From Eledone cirrhosa (lineage: Eukaryota), in NCBI GenBank assembly GCA_964016885.1, contig OZ024743.1, forward strand, positions 202,616,001-202,680,000: DNA of 64,000 bases, in the 5' to 3' direction. This document shows positions 39,990-54,617 of this stretch, one piece after another. The number at the start of each line of letters is the position of its first letter. Position 1 is the first letter of the stretch. The translations under genes and the position numbers were made by a program. Below the pieces are notes generated by a model. That model saw nothing but the letters and a program-made list of their open reading frames with translations, was not told the origin of the DNA and made no database searches.

Positions 39990-42073
39990 TAATATATATA
40001 ATATATATGTGTGTGAGTGTTTGTTTGCATGCATGTATGAGTGTATAAGTGTGAGCGTGTGTGTTTGTAGAATTGTGCGTATATACATTTTCTGTTTTGT
40101 TTAAACTAGCCGATATAGAGTGTGCTATCTTGGTTGAAGTTTGAAATCTTAGAGAGCATGCACGTTTTGAGATCATATTCATATATATTTTCGCTCTGTA
40201 CATGACATAAACCGTTTTCCCCCTTGATCTATGTATATGTATATGCATATATATATGGGAGTATATATATATATATATTTGAAAAATATATATATATACT
40301 AGCACTATAGACTGCAAAGCGACCGTCGCCAGCAACAACAACAAGTCCAAGAAACAAAATGAAAATAAAAACAGCAACAGCAGCAATGGTAAGAGTGACG
40401 ACAGCAGCAAAAACAACAACGGCTGCAGAACCAGCATCAGCAACAACGTGCACAAAAACAACACCACGGCCAACAGCATCAACAACAACACTACATATGC
40501 AGCCACAACTGCAAAATCGCAAGAATATTTAAATCTCGACATATCGGGCAAAGAAGCACGTTTGGTCCAAGCAACCCAACTAATGCACAAGGAGTTGTCG
40601 AGACATACATGACCATACAAGGCAAGCTATCTCTCGTTATCCCTTCGCAAGGAGTGTTTAATATGTATCAGCTTATGTTTTAACTTCTGCCAGACAAAGC
40701 TATTCGTTTTGTGTTCCGTGCCGGGGATGTGTAGCAATCTTCTGAAGCTCTTCTGTACGATTTGGTGGGTTCTCCGTTCTATGTCAGCTGCGGGTGTGCA
40801 ACTAATATATATATATATAGTGGTAGAACACTGGAAGGTAATATCCGTAGTGGTAGAGCACTCAGTCCATGGGACGAGTTAGGTAGAAGTGGTTACACAA
40901 CAGTTTGTTCACCATACCGCGACCAATTGTTTCACCTTAGCGGATCCTCAGCTCGTAATGGACAGGGTTATACAATTAAACAAACACACACACATCTACA
41001 CATACAGATATATATGTGATGACACTCAGCTGTGCGTGAATGTGTCTGTGTGTGTCACTCTTAGTATATGTATGTGAGTTTATGTGAGAGTGTATGCGTG
41101 TGTGAATGTATTCGTGATAATTTCTGTCTTAACGTTAGGCGTCAGAGAATTAAACACACACACATATATAGTGTTAGTAAGTTGCATACACATGATCTTC
41201 ACACACAGCCAATTAAACACACACACACATCTACACATACAGATACATATGTGTTGACAGACAGGTGTGCGTGAAGGTATGTCTGCGTGTGACTATCTTA
41301 GTACATGTATGTGAGTGTATGTGAGTGTGTGTGAGTGTATGTGAAAGTGTATGTGAGTGCGCAGCAATTTATTCAACAAAAAATGACACAATGAATATTT
41401 TTTTTATCGTAAGGTGCTTCAAGTTTGACAGATTTTCATTTCTAAATTCTATTATCATTACAATTTTGATATTTTTTTTTTTACAAAATATAGATATTTT
41501 GAAATAATTATGAGAAAAAAATATATATTTCCATATTTATTGTTTACTAATCTGAATAAGAACAGCAGTAACCAGGGCATCGCCGGGTAATTCAGCTAGT
41601 TCTTTATATATGTCGATACATTAAACTTGCCACTGATTTGATTTATTATTGTTCACATAAAAAAGGTAGAGTATCGAAAGGTACATTAAAGCACCGGAGA
41701 AGATTCTTTGCGGAATTGATTTACATACTTTTACTGTCAGATTTTTATTCTGCCGACATCAACTTTGCCTTTCACCATTCCGGTGTCGTTAAAATTAAGT
41801 AACAATTAAGATCTGGGTTCGTATAATCGACTTTTTCCTTTAAATTTCTGTCTGTTTCCACAGAAAGTAGCAGGGAGGCAATGTCTCGATGAGAGCCATT
41901 GGGTTGAAATGTGCATAGAAATGCTTCTGCTGGAATCCGCTAGACGGCGCTGGCCCCCAGCCTTTATTCATAGCTGCAAACACATATATACAAACACACA
42001 TATATACAAACATGTATTTAATGTAAAATGAATTTGAAAGGTCCATTTATATGTGTGTGTATATGTATGCGTG

Positions 42074-42890
<817 letters not shown>

Positions 42891-42914
42891 TATCTCTCTC
42901 TCTATATATATATA

Positions 42915-43018
<104 letters not shown>

Positions 43019-43186
43019 TATATATATATATATATATATATATGGAACGTTATATTTAAATTGTTGGGTTACAACTAGTAAATATTTATAACTGATATAA
43101 AAGCACTCGACAAGTATTTGGAGTATATTTACAATATTAAATATTAAATATTAAATAAATGGAAACTATATTTATAAAACCATATT

Positions 43187-43252
43187 TATTTCATTATATA
43201 TATTTCAGGGATATCATATTAACAATATGCTATGCCTTCCTCAGACAAAATA
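43187..43252 (-). ncRNA. Type I minimal hammerhead in the 3' pLTR (family A)
   Basis: tattttgt-CTGAGGA-aggcatagcatatt gtt aatatgatatccct-GAAA-tatata-TA-atgaaata. Confidence 0.8.
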
Positions 43253-44581
43253 CAATATAAACAGTTTTATAGATAAATAGATTTGACATACCGTAACAAC
43301 ATCGACTTGTATTTGAAAAATTTGAATTGGCAGTGAAAAGATTGTACACAGAGAGAAAGAAAGAGAGAAAAAAAAGGAAAGAAAGACAGAAAACGAAGAA
43401 AAAGAAGAAAAAGAAGAAATGCATGGAACAAAATAGAGAGATGGAAAGATAGATAAAGAGAAGAACTTCATGTAAAGAAACAGAGAGAGATATATATATA
43501 TAGAGAGAGAGGAAATAGAGATAGATATACATATATAGAAAACTAGGTAGTGGGACGTCCGTTGAGTAAACGTATCAATGATACATTTATTTATTTATTT
43601 ATTTATTTAGCTCTAGTATTAATGTAAGGGAGATATATGGAGAGAAACCAGCTGTTATATAGAGAGAAAAATTTAAAAATAACCAGACATAGGCGAGGCG
43701 TAAAAACCCTGTTTTAATGTAGAGGCATTAGTATGTATAAAAACCAGCCACTACATTGTAAATATCAGTATTCCTGAATGAGACATGTATCCACAATGTG
43801 TGAAAAGTAATGATCTTATGTTTAGTTTTTTTTTTTAAATTCATATGTTTATGTGATAACTACAAACATCTATGTGAATTTACATGATCAACTCTGCAAA
43901 CCCTAGGTTCACGGAAAACATTCTCATTGTGGTATAAAAATGTAAGTATACATATATGTGTATATATATACACACAAATATATATAGAGTCAATATTACT
44001 ATTATTCCTGTCTTTACTCTACAAGATTATCTATCAAGCAGAAATAGAGAGCAGATTTCAATATACTAATAAAAATATATATCAGAAACAAAACTAAAAA
44101 AAATAACAATAATAATAATAAGTAATAATAAAATAGAAAACTTAAAAATATTACGAAAGAATATTACATATTAAAAATATTAAAAATAAAAATATTAGAA
44201 AATACTACAATAATAAAAATAAAAATAAACCACAAAGATCAACCCTTCAAAATTAATTGACAATATATTGCCAAGTTCATTATAAGCATCAGAGTCGAAA
44301 AACAGATAAAGCCAAAAATTATCTATCAAATCGCATCTAGCAAAGATCATTTCAGAAAGTTTAGGATGCCCATTTGGTCTACATGTGTTCTTATATTTAA
44401 TATAGAAGTTTATCTAGTGTAACGTTTATTCGAAATATTTGGAGCATCAACTTTTAGGGTAGCTTAATTTTTCATGAAGAATGTTTAAATAAAAATAAAA
44501 ATAAAAATAAAAAGAATAAAAAGAAGAAATCAAAGATTTATCGGCTAGTTTCCCATATAATTATAAATCAAACTAAATATA

Positions 44582-46795
44582 CTACATTTTAAATTTAAAT
44601 TTATATTTAAACGCTGAGTTTAATCTATGTTTGCAGCAACTGAATACATTTGTCCGTAGATTAAGGGAATTTTTAGATTTTAGTATAAAGAATATCTCCT
44701 CTGCGCAGAGGTCACATGTCTCAGAGGATGAATTAAAAGGAATCCGTCTTGAGACTATATTCCAAGCCGTCGAATATCTAACGTTATCTAGCTTAAGTTG
44801 CCAGAGTACGCCTGATAGTGCCGTTGAAGATTTTTTGCTTGGATCTGTGAAAGAATTCTTGTGGTTATTATAGCGAAGTTTAAATTCCGTCGATGTGGAA
44901 CCGACGTAGTTAAAAGAATTAGAGTCAGTATTAACATTACAATTGTATACTATATTTTTAACTAAGCAGTTGTTATTTAACGGACATTTAGATCTATCTC
45001 TACAGTTACATTTGTTAACTTGTATATTATGTATGCTATTATCACTAGGTTTTAAGTTCCTATTATTTATTCTATTAATATTTTGTGCTAAATTTTTGGT
45101 GGATGAGTAGGTTAATTTTATTGTATGTCTATTGAAAATTGAGTGATACCTATGTGTTCTAGGGAAGCGATTATCAAGACCTTTAAAAAATATTTTAGCG
45201 ATGTGGGTTCTAATGTTTAGTGAGAAAGGGGGGGCAAACCAAATTATGTTCCTAGTTCTATTTCTTTTTTGGCCTTTGGAATTATTGTAATGCTTTCTAT
45301 TATAGTTGTTAAGGTTGTTGCCGTAATTAAAATAGTTGTTATTTTGTTTAGTTTGTCTATCATTATCTATGTACACAATCTTATCAGCATATCCTGCTCT
45401 AGCTAATGCTTCATTGTAGTATTGGGCTTTTTCGTCGAAAATCTTTCTATTCGACGAAATCCTAGAGATACGTTTTTGAACAGAGTTTACTATAGTGTTT
45501 TTGACAGATCTGGGGTGGTTAGAGTTAAAGTTGACATAGTTTAAGTTTTCATTCAACTTGTGAAAAGGATAGTGAAGACATGTGTTGAGATTTAATGTTA
45601 TATCTAGGAAATTGACTATTCTATGGTTGTTCTCAATTTCTATTTTAAGATTAAAGTAATTAAAAAATTGTGTAATTTGTTTACATTTTCTATTTAGTTC
45701 AGAGTTATTATTATCAATAAGTAAAAGCATGTCATCTCTATATAAACCTCCGGTAGTACCAGGTATTTTCCTATGTAGCGAATTGATTAAAAATAAGCCC
45801 ACAAGGTCAGTTACCTGAGCTGAGTCGGATGATCCCATAGTAATGTCAAAATTGCTATCTCTATCTGCTCTGGTCCATAGTTGGTCATTAAATTCTATCA
45901 AAGTTTTCCTAGCCGATAATATAATATGCATTTCATTGCTAGTTAGGTCAGTATGTTTGAATGCGTAATTTAGTGCCTTATTTAGTAGATTAGGGGTAAT
46001 AGAAGAATAATAGTTAGCTATATCAAGTTGAATAAACTTATTATTATTGTTATATTTAATTTGCTTAAACCACTCAACAACCTCTCCAGTTCCCTTCCAC
46101 AAGCTCAGGTTAGATAAACAATCCAAGTTCTTAATTTGCTGTATCACCCTGTCAAGAATGTTCTTGCTTAATTTGCCCAGGTCCGATTTTGATGGTGCGA
46201 TCAATCTAACTGGCAAGTCATTTTCAAAATACCTCTTGTGATCTTTCATATTGATCTTCGGTTTCCTGGGCACGAAAGGTTGTGTTCTGTTCTCAATTTC
46301 CAACTCGTGCATTATACAAGATGCTTCGACATTCATTTTCTCAAGCTCGGCCTTATCTGCTACCTTGTACTTTTTCCTCAGCTCCTTCTGTATGAGGCCA
46401 TTATACATGTCTTTCTGCACTCCATAGAGGTTGTTGGTCTTGTCAGATTTCACCAAGATCTTCTCAGTTTTCTCTAAGCTCTCAATGTTATCCTTAATGC
46501 CTTTCAGATATTCCTGGCCTTTGAAGTTTCTCTTGAATTTGACCCCTTGTATGATGGAAATTATATCGTTTTCAAAGTCAGATAAAAGTTTGTTAGGGGG
46601 TGGATTTCTTTTAGATTTGAAAACTTTGTTTAAGTCCGAGACATTTTCATTTATATTAGATTTATCAAAGTGGAATGCTCGCCACCTGATTCTCCTTATA
46701 AAAGAGTCAGATTTATCTATTAATTGTTTTATAAAGTCTTTGTTTCTAGGTAGAGGTATGTCTTTTAAAGAGGAAGTAATCTTAAAGAATTCCAT
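44582..46795 (-). CDS. PLE reverse transcriptase plus C-terminal GIY-YIG endonuclease, 737 aa, apparently intact
   Basis: KSDKT, QLDIANYYSSI, ITMGSSDS, GLYRDD, FLDITL, SNHP, WFAPPF, CNCRDRSKCPLNNNC, IVYNC..YVG..FKLRYNNH, CDLCAEE. Confidence 0.95.
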   Translation of the reverse strand: MEFFKITSSLKDIPLPRNKDFIKQLIDKSDSFIRRIRWRAFHFDKSNINENVSDLNKVFKSKRNPPPNKLLSDFENDIISIIQGVKFKRNFKGQEYLKGIKDNIESLEKTEKILVKSDKTNNLYGVQKDMYNGLIQKELRKKYKVADKAELEKMNVEASCIMHELEIENRTQPFVPRKPKINMKDHKRYFENDLPVRLIAPSKSDLGKLSKNILDRVIQQIKNLDCLSNLSLWKGTGEVVEWFKQIKYNNNNKFIQLDIANYYSSITPNLLNKALNYAFKHTDLTSNEMHIILSARKTLIEFNDQLWTRADRDSNFDITMGSSDSAQVTDLVGLFLINSLHRKIPGTTGGLYRDDMLLLIDNNNSELNRKCKQITQFFNYFNLKIEIENNHRIVNFLDITLNLNTCLHYPFHKLNENLNYVNFNSNHPRSVKNTIVNSVQKRISRISSNRKIFDEKAQYYNEALARAGYADKIVYIDNDRQTKQNNNYFNYGNNLNNYNRKHYNNSKGQKRNRTRNIIWFAPPFSLNIRTHIAKIFFKGLDNRFPRTHRYHSIFNRHTIKLTYSSTKNLAQNINRINNRNLKPSDNSIHNIQVNKCNCRDRSKCPLNNNCLVKNIVYNCNVNTDSNSFNYVGSTSTEFKLRYNNHKNSFTDPSKKSSTALSGVLWQLKLDNVRYSTAWNIVSRRIPFNSSSETCDLCAEEIFFILKSKNSLNLRTNVFSCCKHRLNSAFKYKFKFKM

Positions 46796-46973
46796 TTTTC
46801 CAGTTATAATATAAAGCGCTCAACAGTATTGGAGCAAGATACATGGAAAGTTATATTTAAATTGTTGGGTTACAACTAGTAAATATTTATAACTGATATA
46901 AAAGCACTCGACAAGTATTTGGAGTATATTTACAATATTAAATAAATGGAAACTATATTTATAAAACCATATT

Positions 46974-47039
46974 TATTTCATTATATATATTTCAGGGATA
47001 TCATATTAACAATATGCTATGCCTTCCTCAGACAAAATA
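46974..47039 (-). ncRNA. Type I minimal hammerhead in the 5' pLTR (family A)
   Basis: Identical to 43187-43252. Confidence 0.8.
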
Positions 47040-48406
47040 CAATATAAACAGTTTTATAGATAAATAGATTTGACATACCGTAACAACATCGACTTGTATT
47101 TGAAAAAGTTGAATTGGCAGTGAAAAGATTGTACACAAAGAGAAAGAAAGAGAGAAAAAAAAGGAAAGAAAGACAGAAAACGAAGAAAAAGAAGAAAAAG
47201 AAGAAATGCATGGAACAAAATAGAGAGATGGAAAGATAGATAAAGAGAAGAACTTCATGTAAAGAAACAGAGAGAGATATATATATATAGAGAGAGAGGA
47301 AATAGAGATAGATATACATATATAGAAAACTAGGTAGTGGGACGTCCGTTGAGTAAACGTATCAATGATACATTTATTTATTTATTTATTTATTTAGCTC
47401 TAGTATTAATGTAAGGGAGATATATGGAGAGAAACCAGCTGTTATATAGAGAGAAAAATTTAAAAATAACCAGACATAGGCGAGGCGTAAAAACCCTATG
47501 TTTTAATGTAGAGGTATTAGTATGTATAAAAACCAGCCACTACATTGTAAATATCAGTATTCCTGAATGAGACATGTATCCACAATGTGTGAAAAGTAAT
47601 GATCTTATGTTTAGTTTTTTTTTTAAATTCATATGTTTATGTGATAACTACAAACATCTATGTGAATTTACATGATCAACTCTGCAAACCCTAAGTTCAC
47701 GGAAAACATTCTCATTGTGGTATAAAAATTTAAGTATACATATATGTGTATATATATACACACAAATATATATAGAGTCAATATTACTACTATTCCTGTC
47801 TTTACTCTACAAGATTATCTATCAAGCAGAAATAGAGAGCAGATTTCAATATACTAATAAAAATATATATCAGAAACAAAACTAAAAAAATAACAATAAT
47901 AATAATAAGTAATAATAAAATAGAAAACTAAAAAATATTACGAAAGAATATTACATATTAAAAATATTACATATTAAAAATATTAAAAATAAAAATATTA
48001 GAAAATACTACAATAATAAAAATAAAAATAAACCACAAAGATCAACCCTTCAAAATTAATTGACAATATATTGCCAAGTTCATTATAAGCATCAGAGTCG
48101 AAAAACAGATAAAGCCAAAAATTATCTATCAAATCGCATCTAGCAAAGATCATTTCAGAAAGTTTAGGATGCCCATTTGGTCTACATGTGTTCTTATATT
48201 TAATATAGAAGTTTATCTAGTGTAACGTTTATTCGAAATATTTGGAGCATCAACTTTTAGGGTAGCTTAATTTTTCATGAAGAATGTTTAAATAAAAATA
48301 AAAATAAAAATAAAAAGAATAAAAAGAAGAAATCAAAGATTTATCGGCTAGTTTCCCATATAATTATAAATCAAACTGCTTGATAGATAATCTTGTAGAG
48401 TAAAGA

Positions 48407-48489
48407 CTGGTGGCATTTTGCTAGAAATCGCAGCACAATACAGCCAAAATTGCATCTCAATCTAAGGGAGATTATTACATATAAAGGTT

Positions 48490-48540
<51 letters not shown>

Positions 48541-49170
48541 GTGTGTTTTGCAATGGGTCACTTTGTTGCTCAATGAAGAGATAATAAATTAAATAATCAG
48601 AGCTATATATCATAAAACGTGTCTATAGAATCACCAGATAAAATATATACCATTTCCTCTCCCAACTAGCATAATTAACCATATAAAAATCGATTAGACC
48701 AAGCTATAAGAATAGAGGTTTCTATGAAGAAATCTCCGACAAATAACCAAAAGCAGCCCTTCGCGCCGGCTGCGACGAGGCATTTATCCAGTATTTCGAC
48801 AGCGTGTACAAATCGCCCAGATATACAGTCAACAAGCAGAGTCAGGTGTAAAATAAACTAGGAGAAAAGTGAACATATTTAGTTACCTCTACCATGGTTT
48901 CGTCCGCATTTTAAGATATCCGATAACATCGGGCATCCAGAGCACCGGACTCTTCAGGAAGTTAACTCAAACTTAGACAATGAATTTTCCAAAGTGATCG
49001 CGCCAAGTATACATTAAAAAATGGGTAAGAATCGTGACGTAGCAGTGGTCAGGTTAGAAAGAATATGATTGGTTGCTTACGGCTGGTGGCATTTTACTAG
49101 AAAGCGCTACACAATGCAGCCAAAATTGCACCTCAACCTAAGGGAGATGATTACATCTGAACGTTTGCAT

Positions 49171-49255
<85 letters not shown>

Positions 49256-49494
49256 ACAACGGGTCACTTTGTGGCTCAATCAAGAGTGAATAAATTAAAT
49301 AATCAGAGCTATTTATCCCCTTGAAAAGTTCGGCTATTTATTCACCAGGCTAAAAATTCTAATTTAGTCCAGAAATAGCCGTCGAAACGGCTTGAACTCT
49401 GCCGTCGGGGTCATACTTTTTCCTATTTCCCACTCTACTACCCTAAGTATTGAGTACTCAGGTGCGATATGCCTTACCACAATTCCTTTGTTAA

Positions 49495-49495
<1 letters not shown>
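48407..49495 (+). mobile_element. Family-B pLTR (49083-49495) preceded by a diverged partial direct copy (48407-48606)
   Basis: ctggtggcatttt.ctagaaa...aaataatcagagctat occurs twice; the second copy runs into the HHR and the family-B 3' end. Confidence 0.7.
49317..49410 (+). ncRNA. Type I hammerhead, U3-A8 variant core TTGAAAA (family B)
   Basis: cccc-TTGAAAA-gttcggctattt...aaatagccgtc-GAAA-cggc ttgaactct gccGTC-gggg. Confidence 0.8.
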
Positions 49496-49525
<30 letters not shown>

Positions 49526-49561
49526 GTTATGTAATAAACAACATAAACAACATAAGGCAAT

Positions 49562-49626
49562 TATTCCATTTACCAGTGGTTTCTTAAAAGCCAAAAAATT
49601 TGCTTTCAATCATCAGAATGAAAATA
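49562..49626 (-). ncRNA. Type I hammerhead (family E)
   Basis: catt-CTGATGA-ttgaaagc..gcttttaa-GAAA-ccactgG-TA-aatg. Confidence 0.8.
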
Positions 49627-49762
49627 TCCTGGTCTGTTTATTGAATTTTGAATTTAAAAAAACAAAAATGCAATCTATAAGAAAGTGAGGCTGGAGAAAG
49701 AAGAAGGAAAGGAAAAATAAAATAAAAACACACATGCAAACACACACACACACACACACACG

Positions 49763-49822
<60 letters not shown>

Positions 49823-50051
49823 AGCATACATACACACATATATGGATATATATATATATAAGCAAATTATAAACGTAAAAATGTAAATATGTTTTTGAAA
49901 CGGTGCGCGAGTTTGAAATTAGAAATTAGAAATTATAAGCTTGCACCGTATTTTAGACTAAAGACATACTTACATGTTTACGTTTATAATTTGCTTGTTT
50001 ATCATTCACTTGCTAAGTTCATAGCTTCTAATTCGAATGGAAGGAGACGGG

Positions 50052-50123
50052 ATGTGTATTGATGTAATGGTAGCACAGTGGTCTGAATAACCAAAGATGT
50101 GGGTTCGACTACCATGTACGGCA
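50052..50123 (+). other. tRNA-like (Pol III A/B box) remnant inside a fold-back insertion 49860-50212
   Basis: tgatgtaatggtagca, anticodon arm tggt-ctgaata-acca, ggttcgact, T-run shortly downstream; poor acceptor stem. Confidence 0.4.
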
Positions 50124-51009
50124 ACACTCATCTTTTTCTATTTTTCCGAGGGTTATAAACCCCACTATCAGGCTAGACATCTCTTTAGTCTAAAATACGG
50201 TGAAAGCTTATAATATATATATATATATATACATACACTCATACATACACACACACATATACACATATATATGTGTATATAAATACACACATACACATAC
50301 ATATACACATACATACATACGCACATAAATATCAACACATCCATACATACACATACATATATACAACCACACACACATATATACACACATATATATATAG
50401 AAACATAAATATATATATATATATATATGCATACACATACACATATATAGTCATACACACATACATATACATACATACATACATGCACACAATCATACCT
50501 ATATACACACGTACATACATACACATACATAAATGCATACATATGCATGTACAAAATTAGAAAAAAATATATACACACACCTCTACATATTCACACACGC
50601 AAATTAATATAAGGAAAAAATATATATATAAAAAAATAAAATCATAAAGACTATTGTACAGTTGACAGCGATACAAACGACGAATAGATGAACAGACACG
50701 CGTGGTAAGCAATACACACAAATGCACGTACACATACGTACGAAAAAGTAAATACATACACACACACTCTCACACATAAATATACATATACAAATACATA
50801 AACACATACATACGCATACACAAATACATACACAAACACACACACACACACATATACATATATACACCCACATATACACATACATATATATATATATATA
50901 TAAATACACACACACATATATCTACACACATATATATATATATATACATACACACACACGTACAATGGGTTCATATGAGAGTGCGGATGTGTGCGACTTA
51001 GTAGGATCA

Positions 51010-52380
51010 TTCCTTCTTCACACCCCCAAAGAGAAATTTCCTTCCCATAATATCGGTTTATAACGTGATGACGGATTGGCAGTCTCTCATACCACCAACG
51101 GCCATAACCTTGATAAATTCCATAAAGATGTAATCAATACTTTTGCTAATCTTAACCTTAAAATCACTATAGATACGAACCTTTCCAATGCCAACTTTCT
51201 TGATGTTAATCTTGATCTACTTACCGCCTCTTTTAAACCTTATCATAAACCTAATGAAAATCTTAGGTATATACACAAAGAGTCTTGCCAACCCCCTATA
51301 GTTTTTAATAATCTTATTCCTAACATTAGCCGTAGGATTTCTACCTTATCTTCGTCTATAGACATTTTTAATAAAGCCACCCCTTATTATAATAAAGCCC
51401 TTAAGAACAGCGGTTTTACAGAATTTTTTTTTATTTATCTACCCCCCCCCCCCTAAAACTAACCACTATATCAGGAAAAGGAAAATTATTTGGTTCACAC
51501 CCCCCTTCTCTCTAACTGTCAAAAATAATGTAGGAAGGACATTCCTTGAACTCTTAGACAAACATTTTCCTCCTAATCATAGATATTGTAAGATATTTAA
51601 TAGGAACGTAGTTAAGATCAGTTACTCTTGTTGCCCATCTATGAAGTCTAAGATCACTAGTTCAAATCATACGAGAACAAATCCAGGATGCAGTTGCAGG
51701 AAGCCGGATGAATTCCCATTGCAGGGTAAATGTAACACCAAATCTGTTGTTTATGAGGCTAAAATAACACCGGTAATCAACAACCAGCCAGCCAGGAGTG
51801 AGCGATATGTCGGTATGACCGAGGACAGGTTTAAAACCAGAGTTTACACACATGTCGCTTCTTTTAAGCACTCCGATAAACGAACATCAACGGCCCTCGC
51901 AAGTAAGGTGTGGGAATTCAAGGATAGTAACATCACGTACTCTATCGATTGGTCTATCTTAGACCATTCGAGGGAGTACCAAAGGGGCACAAGAATTGTT
52001 CTTTGTGTACCACTGAAAAATATAGGATTTTGCTAAACTTGAGAGCCACTTATGCTTGCCTAAACTCAAAGACCGACATCTTCAGATGTTGTCCTCATCT
52101 GAAATCACAGCTGATCTGTAACTGGATTTATACTCCTATGATAAATCAACCGCCTTGAACTCCTTCTCTGCTCTTTACTTCTACTACGGTTTTTTTATTT
52201 TTTTATTTACTGAATCCACGTTCTGTACCCTTGTATTCTTTTTCTCCCTTATCTCCCCTTATATTTCACCTTTTCCTATGTCTTTCCCCGCCCCATATAT
52301 TCTTTTTGCCTTACCCTTCACATGCCAAAATGTATGTGCATGTATGTGTATGTGTATATATATATATATATGTATATATA

Positions 52381-52447
<67 letters not shown>

Positions 52448-52580
52448 ATATATATATATATGCAGATAGACCAGATTTTTTTTTTTTCATTCTGATAATT
52501 GAAGGCAAAGTTTTTTTGCTTTTAAGAAACCACGGGTGAATGGAATACTTGCCTTATGTTGTTTATTACATTACTATATA
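51010..52580 (+). pseudogene. Decayed 5'-truncated Naiad-like PLE with a damaged family-E HHR (about 52487-52545)
   Basis: IGL*RDDGLA (stop in the YRDD motif), NFLDVNL, WFTPPF, CSCRKPDEFPLQGKC, VVY..YVG, CSLCTTE; frameshifts at about 51450 and 51990. Confidence 0.85.
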
Positions 52581-52663
52581 TATGTATATGTATATTTTGG
52601 AGTTATATAAGGTTCTTATGAATTATCTAAGATTGAGTTTTACACACACACACACACATATAT

Positions 52664-52764
<101 letters not shown>

Positions 52765-52875
52765 TATTTGGTTGTGCATGTTTGTGATATGTACGTATTT
52801 GTATGCGTATAATTGTATAGCTATGTATGTGTGTGTGTATGTATATACATATATGTGTGGATATATGTATGTGTG

Positions 52876-52910
<35 letters not shown>

Positions 52911-53347
52911 ATATGTGTGTGTATATATGTATATGTGTGTGTGTGTGTGTATGTATTTGTGTATGCGTATGTATGTGTTTATGTATGTGCATATATGTAT
53001 ATTTATGTGTGAGAGTGTGTGTATGTATTTACTTTTTCGTACGTATGTGTACGTGCATTTGTGCGTATTGCTTACCACGCGTGTCTGTTCATCTATTCGT
53101 CGTTTGTATCGCTGTCAGCTGTACAATAGTCTTTATGATTTTATTTTTTTATATATATTTTTTTCCTTATATTTATATGTAGAGGTTTGTGTATATATAT
53201 TTTTCTAATTTTGTACATGCATATGTATGCATTTATGTATGTGTATGTATGTACGTGTGTATATAGGTATGATTGTGTGCATGTATGTATGTATGTATGT
53301 ATGTATATGTATGTGTGTATGGCTATGTATGTGTATGTGTATGTGTA

Positions 53348-53410
<63 letters not shown>

Positions 53411-53663
53411 CTATATATATGTTTCTATATATATATGTGTGTATATATGTGTGTGTGGTTGTATATATGTATGTGTATGTATGGATGTGTTGATATTTAT
53501 GGGCGTATGTATGTATGTCTATATGTATGTGTATGTGTGTATTTATATACACATACACATACATTTTTTTTTATTTTTCCTTCCTTCTTCTTTCTCCAGC
53601 CTCACTTTCATATAGATTGCATTTTTGTTTTTTCAAATCCAAATTCAATAAACAGACCAGGAT

Positions 53664-53729
53664 ATTATCATTCTGATGATTGAAAGCAACATTTTTTGCT
53701 TTTAAGAAACCACTGGTAAATGGAATAAT
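53664..53729 (+). ncRNA. Type I hammerhead, canonical core (family E)
   Basis: attatcatt-CTGATGA-ttgaaagcaa..ttgcttttaa-GAAA-ccactgG-TA-aatggaataat; GUA site at 53718. Confidence 0.85.
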
Positions 53730-54537
53730 TGCCTTATGTTGTTTATTACATAACTATTAAGCTCTGTTACCTACATAGAGCACTCTTTTTTCCTGGACTT
53801 TTCCGACGGAATTACTTCATTTACACACACATATATATATATACATATATATATATATGCACGCATACATTTAGCAGGAAATATGATACAAACGATTTAA
53901 CATTCAGTCACCTAATTCGAGTTAGATACAGTAATACTGGGATTCCATTCTTTGAAGTCACTTGTTATAATTTCATTCCACAACACCGCCAGCTCTCTCT
54001 CTCTCACCCTCTCTTTTATTTTCCTTCTCTATCTCCTTCTTTCTCTCCCTCTCTATGTCTCTCTTTCAATCTACTCTCTCACAACCAGCATCTCTTTCTC
54101 TCTATCTTTCTCTCTCTTTATTCATGAAGGTACCCTGAAAAATACCGTATCCCGGGAACACGTGCTCCGATTTACGCGATTCTTGTTTTATTCCATTTGT
54201 ATTCCCATTTCAGTGGCAACATCCTTTCAAAGTATTTTCCCATTATGCCCCGTTTTGGATGTATTAAACTACAGACAAGTAGACAATCACAGAGTTTTAA
54301 TAATATATATATATATACATATATTGTTTTTATATACAATTTCCCATGTGCGAAATATTGAATATTTATTAATTTTATCTCTTTTTGAGAATGTATTAAA
54401 ATCGTATCCAGTCTTTTCTAATTTGTTTGCAACGAAATAAATATTGGTTTGTTTTTTTGTAGATTCTCTTGATTTTCTCAGACACACATGTGAGCGGGCA
54501 CAGACATATATATATACACATTTGCTACACAAATTGT

Positions 54538-54617
<80 letters not shown>

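Larger units (their letters stand above)
43043..48377 (-). mobile_element. Full-length Penelope-like retroelement (Naiad-like), pLTR-ORF-pLTR
   Basis: Near-identical direct repeats at 43043-44574 and 46843-48377 flank an uninterrupted ORF; 3' end abuts a (TA)n tract. Confidence 0.95.

Noticed and set aside
40320-40615. CAN-rich open frames (Asn/Ser- or Thr-rich) and the 238-aa antisense ORF
   Set aside because: Degenerate (CAA/CAG)n repeat; no recognisable domain or clear splice context.
44582-46795. Selenoprotein recoding as reported for some Naiad PLEs
   Set aside because: No in-frame UGA in this ORF or in 56891-58601. The altered Cys positions in the other copies are Phe or Tyr codons, and I saw no convincing SECIS.
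50052-50123. Functional tRNA-Phe(GAA)
   Set aside because: The acceptor and T stems pair poorly; kept only as a tRNA-like remnant.
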